A stretch of 32,000 bases of DNA from Kineococcus radiotolerans SRS30216 = ATCC BAA-149 (GCF_000017305.1 NC_009664.2:4290001-4322000); one strand, 5' to 3'. Shown: positions 8,311-16,710, counted from the stretch's first letter. Numbers and translations: made by a program. Notes: generated by a model from the letters alone, not told the origin.

Positions 8311-8361
8311 CCAACGCCCCTCAACGCCCCTCAACGCCCCGTGGACGCCCCTCGACGCCCT
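8311..8361 (-). repeat. Five imperfect 10-bp tandem units (+ strand ccaacgcccc/tcaacgcccc/tcaacgcccc/gtggacgccc/ctcgacgccc); G4-type motif on the - strand
   Basis: Read directly. C-runs at 8317-20, 8327-30, 8337-40, 8348-51 and 8358-60 are separated by 6-7 nt. The array lies 30-80 nt downstream of the stop (8391) of the minus-strand AKR gene. Confidence 0.85.
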
Positions 8362-8390
8362 GTGAACGTCCCGCCGACGGGTTGGTGGGA

Positions 8391-9305
8391 TCAGGCGTCG
8401 GGGATGGTGAGGTCCCAGGTGGAGGGGTCCACGGCGTCGGGGTCGGGACCGCCGCGGCGGCCGGTGTCCAAGGAGTCCAGCCGGGCGAGTTCGTCGTCGT
8501 CGAGGGTGAAGCCGTGGACCGCGAAGTTCTCGGCGATGCGGGTGGGCTTGGTGGACTTGGGGATGGCTGAGCGGCCCTGCTGCAGGTGCCAACGCAGCAT
8601 GACCTGCGCCGGCGTCTTGCCGTGGGCGGCGGCGATGGCGGCGATGGTGGGGTCAGCCAGGGCGCTGGTGCGGTTCTCGCCCCAGCCGGGGTAGAAGGTG
8701 ATGCCGCCGATCGGTGACCACGCCTGGGTGAGGATCCCGTGGGCGGCGTTGGCGGCCTGCACGTCGGGTTGGGTGAAGTAGGGGTGCAGTTCGACCTGGT
8801 TGACCGCGGGCACGACCTCGGCCTGCTCGAGCAGGCCGGTGAGGTGGTGGGGGAGGAAGTTGCTGACCCCGATGGCGCGGACGGCGCCGTCGGTGAGCAA
8901 CCGTTCCAGGGCGCGGTAGGCCGCTCGGGTGCGTTCGAAGTGCTGGGGCATGGGCTGGTGCAGGATGAGCAGGTCGATCTGTTCGACGCCGAGCTTGGCG
9001 GCGCTCTTGGTGAAGGCGTGCAGGGTCTGCTCGTAGCCGTAGTCGCTGACCCAGACCTTCGTCTCGAGGAACACCTCGCTGCGCTCGAGCCCCGAACGGC
9101 GGACGCCTTCGCCGACCTCCCGCTCGTTCCCGTAGCCGGCGGCGGTGTCGATGTGGCGGTAGCCGGTGGCCAGTGCGGCCTCGACGGCGTCCGTGGTCTC
9201 CTCCGGCTCGCTCTGGAACACGCCGAGCCCGAGGGCGGGCATCGTCACGCCGTTGTTGAGCGTGAGAGCGGGAGTGGGAGTGCTGGTGGACGGCGTGTGG
9301 CTCAT
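8391..9305 (-). CDS. Aldo/keto reductase (2,5-diketo-D-gluconate reductase-like)
   Basis: 304-aa ORF. Motifs: LNNGVTMPALGLGVFQ, GYRHIDTAAGYGNE, LETKVW, IDLLILHQP, AIGVSNF, VNQVELHPY, AIPKSTKPTRIAENF. Confidence 0.92.
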   Translation of the reverse strand: MSHTPSTSTPTPALTLNNGVTMPALGLGVFQSEPEETTDAVEAALATGYRHIDTAAGYGNEREVGEGVRRSGLERSEVFLETKVWVSDYGYEQTLHAFTKSAAKLGVEQIDLLILHQPMPQHFERTRAAYRALERLLTDGAVRAIGVSNFLPHHLTGLLEQAEVVPAVNQVELHPYFTQPDVQAANAAHGILTQAWSPIGGITFYPGWGENRTSALADPTIAAIAAAHGKTPAQVMLRWHLQQGRSAIPKSTKPTRIAENFAVHGFTLDDDELARLDSLDTGRRGGPDPDAVDPSTWDLTIPDA

Positions 9306-9372
9306 GCGGCGCAGGTCCTTCCGAGGGGGGTGGGGTCGCGATCACGGCGTCACCGCGGGGATGGGACGGGGA

Positions 9373-10233
9373 TCAGGTGTCGAAGCGGACGGTGCCGAAG
9401 GCAGCGACGCTGGCGGGGTCGCGGTGGTCGAAGACGGCACTGACGCCGGTGTCCAGGGAGGCGATGCGGGTCATCTCCTGCTCGGTGAGGGAGAAGTCGA
9501 AGACGTCGAGGTTCTCCGCCATCCGCTGCGGGCGGGAGGACTTGGGGATGACGACGGTGTCGCGCTGGAGGAGCCAGCGCAGCACCACCTGGGCGACGGT
9601 CTTGCCGTGGGCGGTGGCCAGCTCGGTGAGGAGGGGGTAGGTGAGCAGGTCGTCGCGGCCCTGACCGAGCGGTCCCCAGGACTCGTGCTGCACCCCGCGT
9701 TGACGCATGACGTCGTGGTCGGTGCCGCGCTGGAAGAAGGGGTGGGTCTCGATCTGGTTGACCGCCGGGACGACCTCGGTGTGGTCGATGAGGTCGACGA
9801 GGCGGTCGGGGTGGAAGTTCGACACCCCGATGGCTCGGGCGCGGCCGGTGCGGTTCAGCTCCTCCATCGCCCGCCAGGAACCGTAGTAGTCCCCGTAGGG
9901 CTGGTGGATCAGGTACAGGTCCAGGTAGTCCAGACCCAGGCGCTGCAGGGACCGGTCGAAGGCCGCGGGAGCCGCCTGCTCGCCGGCGTCCTGGATCCAC
10001 AGCTTGGTGGTGACGAACAGCTCCTCGCGGGGGATGCCGCTGGCGGCGATGGCGCGTCCGACGCCGGCCTCGTTCTCGTAGGCGGCGGCGGTGTCGAGGT
10101 GGCGGTAGCCGGCGGCCAGCGCGTCGGTGACGACGCGCTCGGCCTCCTCCGCGGGCACCTGGAAGACGCCGAAGCCGAGGACGGGCATCTGCACGCCGTT
10201 GTTCAGCGTGGTGGTGGGGATGTGCGTGGGCAC
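9373..10233 (-). CDS. Aldo/keto reductase (tandem paralogue of 8391..9305)
   Basis: C-terminal 286 aa of ORF 9373..10878. AGGAG lies 7 nt upstream of in-frame GTG (complement of 10231-10233), giving [25 protein letters not shown]... Motifs: [59 protein letters not shown]. The upstream part of the long ORF is Arg/Gly-rich and overlaps the TetR gene in antisense. Confidence 0.88.
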   Translation of the reverse strand: MPTHIPTTTLNNGVQMPVLGFGVFQVPAEEAERVVTDALAAGYRHLDTAAAYENEAGVGRAIAASGIPREELFVTTKLWIQDAGEQAAPAAFDRSLQRLGLDYLDLYLIHQPYGDYYGSWRAMEELNRTGRARAIGVSNFHPDRLVDLIDHTEVVPAVNQIETHPFFQRGTDHDVMRQRGVQHESWGPLGQGRDDLLTYPLLTELATAHGKTVAQVVLRWLLQRDTVVIPKSSRPQRMAENLDVFDFSLTEQEMTRIASLDTGVSAVFDHRDPASVAAFGTVRFDT

Positions 10234-10382
10234 GTGGGTCGCTCCTGTCGTGGGCGGGATCTTCTGAGGTGCACGACGGGGTGGTCGCGGGCGGTTCGTC
10301 CGCGTCGCCGGCATCGTGGGAGGTTCCGGAAGCCGGGACGGGCCTCTCGAACGGGGGAGGAGGTTCACCGGCTGGACACCAA

Positions 10383-10400
10383 TGTAAGACGCCTCTAACA
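10383..10400. promoter_or_regulatory. Imperfect palindrome TGTAAGACG/CCTCTAACA; candidate TetR operator
   Basis: The half-sites match at 7 of 9 positions. It is an unusually AT-rich patch inside the 210-bp divergent region between AKR start 10233 (-) and TetR start 10444 (+). Confidence 0.3.
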
Positions 10401-10443
10401 TCATGTCAACGCAGCCGCGGGTGCGGCCGGTGAGGGGAGCGCG

Positions 10444-11166
10444 GTGAATCCACGAAGCACCTACCACCACGGCGACCTGCGAGCCGCCCTGGTGGCCGCC
10501 GCCCGTGAACTCGTGGCCGAGAAGGGGGTGGCCGGGCTCTCGGTGGCCGAGGCCGCCCGACGCGCGGGCGTCAGCGCAGCCGCTCCGTACCGCCACTTCG
10601 ACGGCCGCGCCGCGCTGCTGTCCGCGGCGGCCACCGATGCCGGACGTCACCTGCGCGCCGAGATGCAGGCGGCGCTGGAGCAGTCGCGCTGCGCCGGTGA
10701 CCCCACCGGTGCGCTCACGGGCAGCCGCGGCGAGGAGGCGGGAGCCACCGGCGGTCGGCGCACGTCCGACCCCGTCGCTGACGCCGTCGACCAGCTGGCC
10801 ACCCTCGCCCGGGTCTACGTCCGCTTCCAGCGAACGCACGGAGCCGCCTTCGAGCTGATCCTCGCCGACGAGCTGCACGAGATCCCCGACGAGGAGCGCC
10901 GCGAGGTGACGCGGACGCTGTTCGACCTGCTGCTGTCACCGGCGATGACGATCACCGGCGATGTTCGGGCGGCCAACCCCCTGCTGCGCAGCTTCAGTGC
11001 CGTGGTGAACGGTTTCTCCCAGCTGTCGAGCTCCGGTGTCACCCGCGGCTACCCCGTCGACCTGCGCGGTTTCCCCGACGAGGGGGAACTGGCGGCCGCT
11101 GAGGCGGCGCACGCGGTACGGGTCCTGGCTCGTGCAGCGGCCGAACCGGTGGCCCCGGAGCGGTGA
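10444..11166 (+). CDS. TetR/AcrR-family transcriptional regulator
   Basis: 240-aa ORF. The N-terminus [54 protein letters not shown] is a canonical TetR HTH. It is divergent from the AKR pair. Confidence 0.9.
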   Translation: MNPRSTYHHGDLRAALVAAARELVAEKGVAGLSVAEAARRAGVSAAAPYRHFDGRAALLSAAATDAGRHLRAEMQAALEQSRCAGDPTGALTGSRGEEAGATGGRRTSDPVADAVDQLATLARVYVRFQRTHGAAFELILADELHEIPDEERREVTRTLFDLLLSPAMTITGDVRAANPLLRSFSAVVNGFSQLSSSGVTRGYPVDLRGFPDEGELAAAEAAHAVRVLARAAAEPVAPER

Positions 11167-11172
11167 AACCCT

Positions 11173-11190
11173 CCCGGCGTTGGCGCCGGG
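11173..11190 (+). terminator. Hairpin CCCGGCG-ttgg-CGCCGGG followed by TTCC, just after the TetR stop
   Basis: Read directly: a 7-bp perfect stem with a 4-nt loop, starting 7 nt after stop 11166. Confidence 0.45.
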
Positions 11191-11464
11191 TTCCGCCGCG
11201 CTGTCGACGGCGCGGATGCGTCGGCTGCTCCCTGCGGGCCAGTGGGTGAGGGGAGCGGGGGCCGTCACGATCAGCGTTCGGGTGACACCGGCCCCAGCGG
11301 GACGACGGCGCGACCGGTGGCCCGTCGACCGTCCGACCCCACGTCGTGGGTGGGCGGCCGGGCTGCGGCGATCCGGCGTTGGACTCCGCCCGCTGCGCGG
11401 CGCTGGAGAACCTCGGGTTCGCACGAGGGGCGCGGGGGTGCGCCGCGGCCGCGTGCTGGAGTTC

Positions 11465-12223
11465 TCAGCAGACCTCGATGTGGACTCCGGAGGCGCTGAG
11501 GCGTTCCAGGACGGCCGTCGGTGCGGAGTCGTCGGTGATGAGGACGTCGACGTCCTCCAGCGGGCAGACGACGGCCAGGGCGCTGCGGGTGAACTTCGCG
11601 CCTTCGGCGATGAGGATGGTGCGGGCGGAGGCGGCCCGGATGGCCTGCTTCACCGCGGCGTCACCGAGGTCGTAGGCCATCACCCCCGCCTCGGGTGAGG
11701 CTGCGCAGCAGGTCATGACCGCAGTGTCGAAGCGCAGCGCGGCGATGGACCGTTCGGTGGCGGGGCCGACCAGGGTTCCCTCGGGCTTGCGGACCGATCC
11801 GCCGGGCAGGATCAGGTCCACGCCGGGGCCGGCGGTCAGGGCGGCGATCGCTTGCACCGACAGGGGCATGGCGTGGATGCGGCGGGAGGCCAGGGCGGCG
11901 GCGGCCGCGGCTCCGGTGGTGCCGGAGTCGATGACCACCGCCTCCCCGTCGGCGATGAGGCCGGCGGCGGTCGTGGCCAGGCGCGTCTTGAGGGGTGCCT
12001 CGTCGGCGGCGCGCACGTCGAAGGGCAGGCCTTCGCCGCGCAGGACGGTGGTGACGGCGCCGCCGCGGACCCGGCGCAAGGCCCCGACGGAGGCGAGGTG
12101 GTCCAGGTCGCGGCGGATGGTGATCGCGGAGATGTCCAGGCGCTCGGCGAGCTCGGGGACCTCCACCCGCCCGGAGCGGTGGAGGGCTTCGAGGATCTCC
12201 TTGTGGCGGAGTTCGACGTTCAT
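11465..12223 (-). CDS. DeoR-family transcriptional regulator
   Basis: In-frame ATG (complement of 12221-12223) within ORF 11465..12541 gives MNVELRHKEILEALHRSGRVEVPELAERLDISAITIRRDLDHLASVGALRRVRGGAV... (DeoR HTH) followed by a DeoR C-terminal sensor domain (VIDSGTT...LILPGG). Confidence 0.9.
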   Translation of the reverse strand: MNVELRHKEILEALHRSGRVEVPELAERLDISAITIRRDLDHLASVGALRRVRGGAVTTVLRGEGLPFDVRAADEAPLKTRLATTAAGLIADGEAVVIDSGTTGAAAAAALASRRIHAMPLSVQAIAALTAGPGVDLILPGGSVRKPEGTLVGPATERSIAALRFDTAVMTCCAASPEAGVMAYDLGDAAVKQAIRAASARTILIAEGAKFTRSALAVVCPLEDVDVLITDDSAPTAVLERLSASGVHIEVC

Positions 12224-12233
12224 GAGCGTAGAG

Positions 12234-12262
12234 TACCTGACCAACGATCGAATGGTCATGTA
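12234..12262. promoter_or_regulatory. Inverted repeat TACCTGACCA-acgatcgaa-TGGTCATGTA; candidate DeoR operator
   Basis: The arms are complementary at 9 of 10 positions, and the spacer contains the palindrome CGATCG. It sits 11-39 nt upstream of DeoR ATG 12223 in a locally AT-richer patch. GATCGAA recurs at 12267-12273. Confidence 0.35.
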
Positions 12263-12401
12263 CGGTGATCGAAGATGCGGGACGGGCCCGGCTGCGGAGC
12301 GCTGCTCACCGCAGGCTCCACTGCTCACCGCCGGCTCCGGCGATCGCTCCAGGCGGGGGTCGACCTGCCCCGCTGCCCCAACCCCACGACTCCGGAAGGT
12401 G

Positions 12402-12671
12402 ATGCACCCCGTGGACGAGTCCCCCTCCCCGCCGTCCCCCGCTGCCCCGGTGACCATGCACGACGTCGCCCGCGTCGCCGGGGTCTCGCCGCAGACCGTC
12501 TCGCGGGTGCTCAGCGACCACCCGGCCGTGCGCGAGAGCACCCGCCGCCACGTGCGCGAGGTCGTTCGACGCCTGGGTTACCAACGCAACGACGCCGCGA
12601 GCCGGCTCGCCCGAGGACCACGACGCACCGCTGCTCGCACCTCGAGCACGGGTGCGTCCACGCGGTGCTGA
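12402..12671 (+). pseudogene. LacI-family regulator remnant: HTH DNA-binding domain only, effector-binding domain missing
   Basis: In frame within ORF 11715..12671. ...VTMHDVARVAGVSPQTVSRVLSDHPAVRESTRRHVREVVRRLGYQRNDAASRLARG is a LacI-type HTH. The ORF stops about 20 codons later, and the MFS gene starts 63 nt downstream. Confidence 0.5.
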
Positions 12672-12734
12672 CCGCCGACCGGGGCTGACCCCGACCACCT
12701 GGTTCCGACCACTTCCCCAGGAGTTGCACCGCCG

Positions 12735-14054
12735 ATGGCTCTCGCCCCCTCTCCAGTCCCCGTCCGGGCCGCCCGCGCCCGCGCGGGGGTGTCCGCGCTG
12801 TTCTTCACCAACGCCGTCCTCTACGCCAACCTCGTCCCCCGCCTGCCGGAGATCAAGGACCGGCTGGACCTGTCCAACGCCGCGCTGGGCACCGCCATCG
12901 CCGCCATGCCCCTGGGGGCGCTGCTGGCGGGGTTGCTGGCGTCGGCCTTCATCCAGCGCTGGGGATCGGCCACGGTCGGAGCCCTGGGGCTGATGGTGCT
13001 CGCCGCCGCCGTGGCGGTCGTGCCGCTCTCGAGCGCCTGGCTCGTCCTCGCCGCCGTGATGCTGGTGATCGGAGCCCTGGACGCCGTCGTCGACGTCGCG
13101 CAGAACGCCCACGGCTTCCGGGTGCAGCGCTTGTACGGACGTTCCATCGTCAACGCCTTCCACGGCCTCTGGAGCGTCGGCGCCGTCGTCGGTGGCCTGC
13201 TCGGTGCCGCCGCGGCGGGGGCGGGCGTACCACTGGGGCTGCACCTGGGTGTCTCCGCCCTGGTGTTCGGCCTCGTCGCACTCGTCGCCCGCCGCTCCCT
13301 GCTGCCCGGTCCCGAGGACTCCGAACGCACCGGGCCGCAGCAGGTGGACGGAACGGGGGCCGGCACGCGAACAGGGACCCAGGACAGCGGCGCCGCTGCG
13401 GACGACCCGGCCCGAGGCCGCTCGGCCAGGCGTCCGGGTCGGCGGTGGGGGCGCGCGGGCGTGCGCACTGCCGTGCTGCTCGCCGTGCTGGGCGCGCTGG
13501 CCGCCAGCGGCGCCCTCGTGGAGGACGCCGGTTCCTCCTGGGGTGCGCTGTACCTGCGGGGGGAACTGGGTGCCGGTGCCGCCGTGGGTGGTCTCGCCTT
13601 CGTGTCCCTGCAGGCGGCGCAGACCATCGGCCGGCTCACCGGGGACCGGGTCGTGGACCGTTTCGGTCAGCGCCGCGTGGCGCTGGCTGGTGGTGGGTTC
13701 ACCGCCGCCGGCATGGGAGCCGCTCTGGCCTGGCCCTCCGTCCCGGGCACCCTGATCGGGTTCGCCCTGGCCGGGCTGGGCGTGGCCACCCTCGTCCCGG
13801 CCGTGATGCACACCGCGGACGAACTGCCCGGACTGCCGCCCGGTGCGGGCTTGACCGTCGTCAGCTGGCTGCTGCGCATCGGCTTCCTGGTCTCTCCCAC
13901 CCTCGTCGGCTTCGCCGCCGACGCCGCCGGGCTCCGGGTGGCGCTGCTCAGCGTGGTGGTGGCGGGCCTGCTCGTCCTGGTCCTGGGTCGGTTCCTCGAC
14001 CCCGCGACAGGGCCGGGAGGCCACTCCGGAGCCGGTGCGACGACGCGCCCGTGA
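12735..14054 (+). CDS. MFS transporter
   Basis: 439-aa ORF with multiple hydrophobic helices arranged 6+6 around a long Arg/Gly-rich central loop. MFS-like segments include GRLTGDRVVDRFGQRR. Confidence 0.88.
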   Translation: MALAPSPVPVRAARARAGVSALFFTNAVLYANLVPRLPEIKDRLDLSNAALGTAIAAMPLGALLAGLLASAFIQRWGSATVGALGLMVLAAAVAVVPLSSAWLVLAAVMLVIGALDAVVDVAQNAHGFRVQRLYGRSIVNAFHGLWSVGAVVGGLLGAAAAGAGVPLGLHLGVSALVFGLVALVARRSLLPGPEDSERTGPQQVDGTGAGTRTGTQDSGAAADDPARGRSARRPGRRWGRAGVRTAVLLAVLGALAASGALVEDAGSSWGALYLRGELGAGAAVGGLAFVSLQAAQTIGRLTGDRVVDRFGQRRVALAGGGFTAAGMGAALAWPSVPGTLIGFALAGLGVATLVPAVMHTADELPGLPPGAGLTVVSWLLRIGFLVSPTLVGFAADAAGLRVALLSVVVAGLLVLVLGRFLDPATGPGGHSGAGATTRP

Positions 14055-14307
14055 TCATCGCGTTCCCGCTGCGCGCCCTGGCGCCACCCGAGGACCGACG
14101 TGGGCTGGAGAGGATCCCCGGGTTCCCCTCCACCGGTGGGCTCAGCAGGCCCTCCTCGATCCCGCGGGTCAGGCCGCGCCCAGCCACCTCCCCGTGGGGT
14201 TCGCCGAGACTGGGCGCGGTCGCACGAGGGGATCCGTCCCCCCGGGTTCGGCAGCCGGTCGCGTGCCACCGGCTCGAGGGAGGCCCGATCGTGGGGAGGA
14301 CGGTGTT

Positions 14308-14354
14308 CCAGCCCCGTCGTCTCGTCCTCCAGCCCCGTCGTCTCGTCCTCCAGC
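14308..14354. repeat. 21-bp tandem duplication (ccagccccgtcgtctcgtcct, 2 full copies plus a partial third)
   Basis: Read directly. It lies in the 428-bp gap between the MFS stop (14054) and the SDR start. Confidence 0.9.
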
Positions 14355-14482
14355 GCGGGCTCGACCGTTCCGGCTCGTGAGCCGCACCCGTGCCCCTGGG
14401 CCTGGAACGGGCCACGACCCGGGAGGTGAGGCCTGACGTGGCCCGTGGCGCGCTCCTCCGGCCGACGGGCAGGATGACGGGC

Positions 14483-15166
14483 ATGGACCTCGATCTGGAA
14501 TCGCGTGTCGTCCTCGTCGCCGGTGGGCGGGGTTGCATCGGCAGTGCGGTGGTGCAGCGGCTGCGGGCGGAGGGGGCGCGGGTCGTCGTCGCCTCCCGCA
14601 ATCCCGGTCCCGGGGGCGTAGTGCTGGACCTGCAGGACCAGGACTCGATCGACGCCGCGGTCCGCGGTGTCCTGGACGAGCACGGGCGCATCGATGGTCT
14701 CGTCGTCAGTGCGGCTCCTTCGGCGCGGACCCTGGACCCGGCCCGCAACAGCGATCCGGTGCAGATCGCGCAGGCGGTGGACGCGAAGGCGCTGGGGTTC
14801 CTGCGCCTGGCGGGTGCGGTGGTCCCGGCGATGCAGGCGGCCGGGTTCGGTCGGGTGGTGGGGATCAGCGGCCAGAACGCCTACCTGACGGGGAACACGA
14901 CCGGCGCGGTTCGCAACGCGGCGCTGATCATCGCGGCGAAGAACCTCGCCGACGAGTTGGCGGGCAGCGGGGTCACGGTCAACACGGTGAACCCGGGCCC
15001 GGTGACCGACCACCCGTCGGTGGACGTGCCGCGGGGCGGGCCGGGGGAGTCCTCCCCGGAGCAGATCGCCGCCGTGGTCACGTTCCTGGTGTCGCCGGTG
15101 GCGGCCGCGGTCAGTGGTGAGGCGGTCGCGGTGGGGCACCGGGTTCGCGGTGTGCTGGCCCTGTGA
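14483..15166 (+). CDS. Atypical SDR-family (Rossmann-fold) protein
   Basis: Frame of ORF 14390..15166. AGGA lies 8 nt before ATG 14483; ATG 14474 is an alternative start. Motifs: VVLVAGGRGCIGSAVV (a TGxxGxxG-like motif) and VTVNTVNPGPV. It has no YxxxK. Confidence 0.8.
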   Translation: MDLDLESRVVLVAGGRGCIGSAVVQRLRAEGARVVVASRNPGPGGVVLDLQDQDSIDAAVRGVLDEHGRIDGLVVSAAPSARTLDPARNSDPVQIAQAVDAKALGFLRLAGAVVPAMQAAGFGRVVGISGQNAYLTGNTTGAVRNAALIIAAKNLADELAGSGVTVNTVNPGPVTDHPSVDVPRGGPGESSPEQIAAVVTFLVSPVAAAVSGEAVAVGHRVRGVLAL

Positions 15167-15410
15167 GGTCGGCTCGTCGCCGCCGGCGGCAGGCTCGCGG
15201 TGGGGGTGGTCGCTGCGGGCGGGTCTTCGTCGACGGCGGTGACCCACTGCGGGAGTAGCCCCTGAGCTCGTGAGGTGCTCTCCGCGTCAGACATCGATCG
15301 CAACCTGACCGCACCACCCGGTGGGCCTCGCTGCCTGCCGGGTGAGGTTCCTGTTGAGCCGTGTCGCACGGCGTAGCACCACGGGGAAGCGTTCGACGGG
15401 AGGTGGAGCG

Positions 15411-15629
15411 ATGTCCGAACCACTGGCGCAGACGCCCGACGAGGGGTCCGAGGCGGACCGCTCGGAGCAGCAGGTGCCCGCCGCGGTCGACCTGGACGAC
15501 GTCGACGCGCCAGGCGGTGTGGCGGGGACGTTCGACGCGCTGCGCGTCGTCGATGTGGAGGCATCTGAGGGGGACGTCATCGAGCAGGCGCAGCCCGTTC
15601 CCCTGGACGACGAGGACGATCGCGCCTAG
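15411..15629 (+). CDS. Small acidic hypothetical protein (72 aa)
   Basis: ATG 15411 follows GGAGGTGGAG. GC3 is high throughout. MSEPLAQTPDEGSEADRSEQQ...VEASEGDVIEQAQPVPLDDEDDRA resembles small acidic actinobacterial proteins I recall (EAxExDxxEQ...DEDD tail). Function unknown. Confidence 0.55.
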   Translation: MSEPLAQTPDEGSEADRSEQQVPAAVDLDDVDAPGGVAGTFDALRVVDVEASEGDVIEQAQPVPLDDEDDRA

Positions 15630-15957
15630 GGCCTTTCCGGGTCGCCGTCGCGAGTTGCTGCTCGTGCCGGGCGCACCGGATCCGGTGCGAGCCCGCTCCT
15701 CGCACCGAGGGCGCGGTACGTCTCGGCCTGGGTCCGTGCAGGAACCTGCTCCACCCGCTCGCGTCGGAGCGCCTCGCGCCGTTCTCCGTCCCGCTCGACG
15801 TCGGCGTCTGACTGCTCGCTCGCCGCGAGATGACCGCGGAGTCGCCTGCGGCGCAGGATGACCGTGAGGCCGCTCAAGGCCTGGGGGACCTCGGTGGCCC
15901 TCACCGGTACGAGCGGGAGGGGGTGACCGAGTGGCGTTCGCTGCTGCTGGGTGAACG

Positions 15958-16710
15958 TCAGCTGAGCACCGTGACGCCGCGTTCGCGCACCGCGCGCAGG
16001 GCGGGGTCGTCGGCGTCGACGTCGGTGACGATGGCGGCGACCTGCTCCAGGGGCAGGACGGTGAAGGGGGAGGCGGCGCCGATCTTCTCCGCGCTGGCCA
16101 GGACGTAGGTGTCCGCTGCTCGGCGGGCCAGGGCGCGTTTGACGGCGGCTTCGTCGGCGTCGCCGGTGGTGAGCCCGGCCTCGGCGTGGACACCGGTGAC
16201 CCCGAGGAGGAAGAGGTCGGCGTTGATGCCGGCGGCGGCTTCGACGGCGCCTGCGCCGCAGGCGACGCCGGAGTGCTTGAAGACGCGTCCGCCGATGAGG
16301 TGGATCTGGACGCTGGGGTGCTCGATGAGGGCGGCGGCCACGGTGGGGCTGTGGGTGACGATGGTGGCGTCGAGGTCGGGGGGCAGGGCGCGGGCCACGG
16401 CCAGGGCGGTGGTGCCGCCGTCGAGGATGGCGGTGCAGCCGGGGGTGATGAGCCGGGCGGCGCGGGCGGCGACGCGGCGTTTGCTGTCCACGGCCACCTC
16501 GGCGCGCACGGTGAGGTCGCCGACGGCGGGGGAGACGGGCAGGGCTCCGCCGTAGACGCGTTGGCACAGGCCTGCGGCGGCCAGTTCGCGCAGGTCGCGG
16601 CGGATGCTGTCCTCGGACAGGCCCAGTTCGGCGGCGATCTCCTTGGCGATCAGGCGGCCGTCGGTGCGCAGTCGGGTGAGCAGCAGGTCGTGGCGTTGTG
16701 CCCCCAGCAT
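15958..16710 (-). CDS. DeoR-family transcriptional regulator
   Basis: 250-aa ORF. MLGAQRHDLLLTRLRTDGRLIAKEIAAELGLSEDSIRRDLRELAAAGLCQRVYGGA (HTH) is followed by a DeoR C-terminal domain (ILDGGTT...HLIGG). AGGAAGGAA lies 3 nt upstream of the ATG. Confidence 0.9.
   Translation of the reverse strand: MLGAQRHDLLLTRLRTDGRLIAKEIAAELGLSEDSIRRDLRELAAAGLCQRVYGGALPVSPAVGDLTVRAEVAVDSKRRVAARAARLITPGCTAILDGGTTALAVARALPPDLDATIVTHSPTVAAALIEHPSVQIHLIGGRVFKHSGVACGAGAVEAAAGINADLFLLGVTGVHAEAGLTTGDADEAAVKRALARRAADTYVLASAEKIGAASPFTVLPLEQVAAIVTDVDADDPALRAVRERGVTVLS

Noticed and set aside
7734-8390. Insertion sequence or transposase remnant in the low-GC gap
   Set aside because: I could not recognise any transposase or integrase motif (DDE, HTH_Tnp, tyrosine recombinase) in any frame. 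There are also no terminal inverted repeats or target-site duplications. I report it only as an unexplained gap.
7783-8592. 269-aa minus-strand ORF containing PRPRPRPHPRPHP
   Set aside because: The Pro-Arg repeat is just the translation of the GTGGGC hexamer array. The rest is Arg/Pro/Ser-rich with low GC3, and its 5' end overlaps the 3' end of the AKR gene in another frame.
10234-10878. N-terminal 215 codons of ORF 9373..10878, which would make a 501-aa AKR
   Set aside because: AKR homology begins at ...[16 protein letters not shown]. An AGGAG-GTG start at 10233 gives a normal ~286-aa AKR. The upstream part overlaps the TetR gene in antisense and is Arg/Gly-rich.
12306-15247. Minus-strand ORFs 12306..14024 (572 aa) and 13667..15247 (526 aa)
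   Set aside because: They are antisense to the MFS transporter and the atypical SDR. The products are extremely Arg/Gly/Pro/His-rich, and their high GC3 is explained by third-position synchrony with the real genes.
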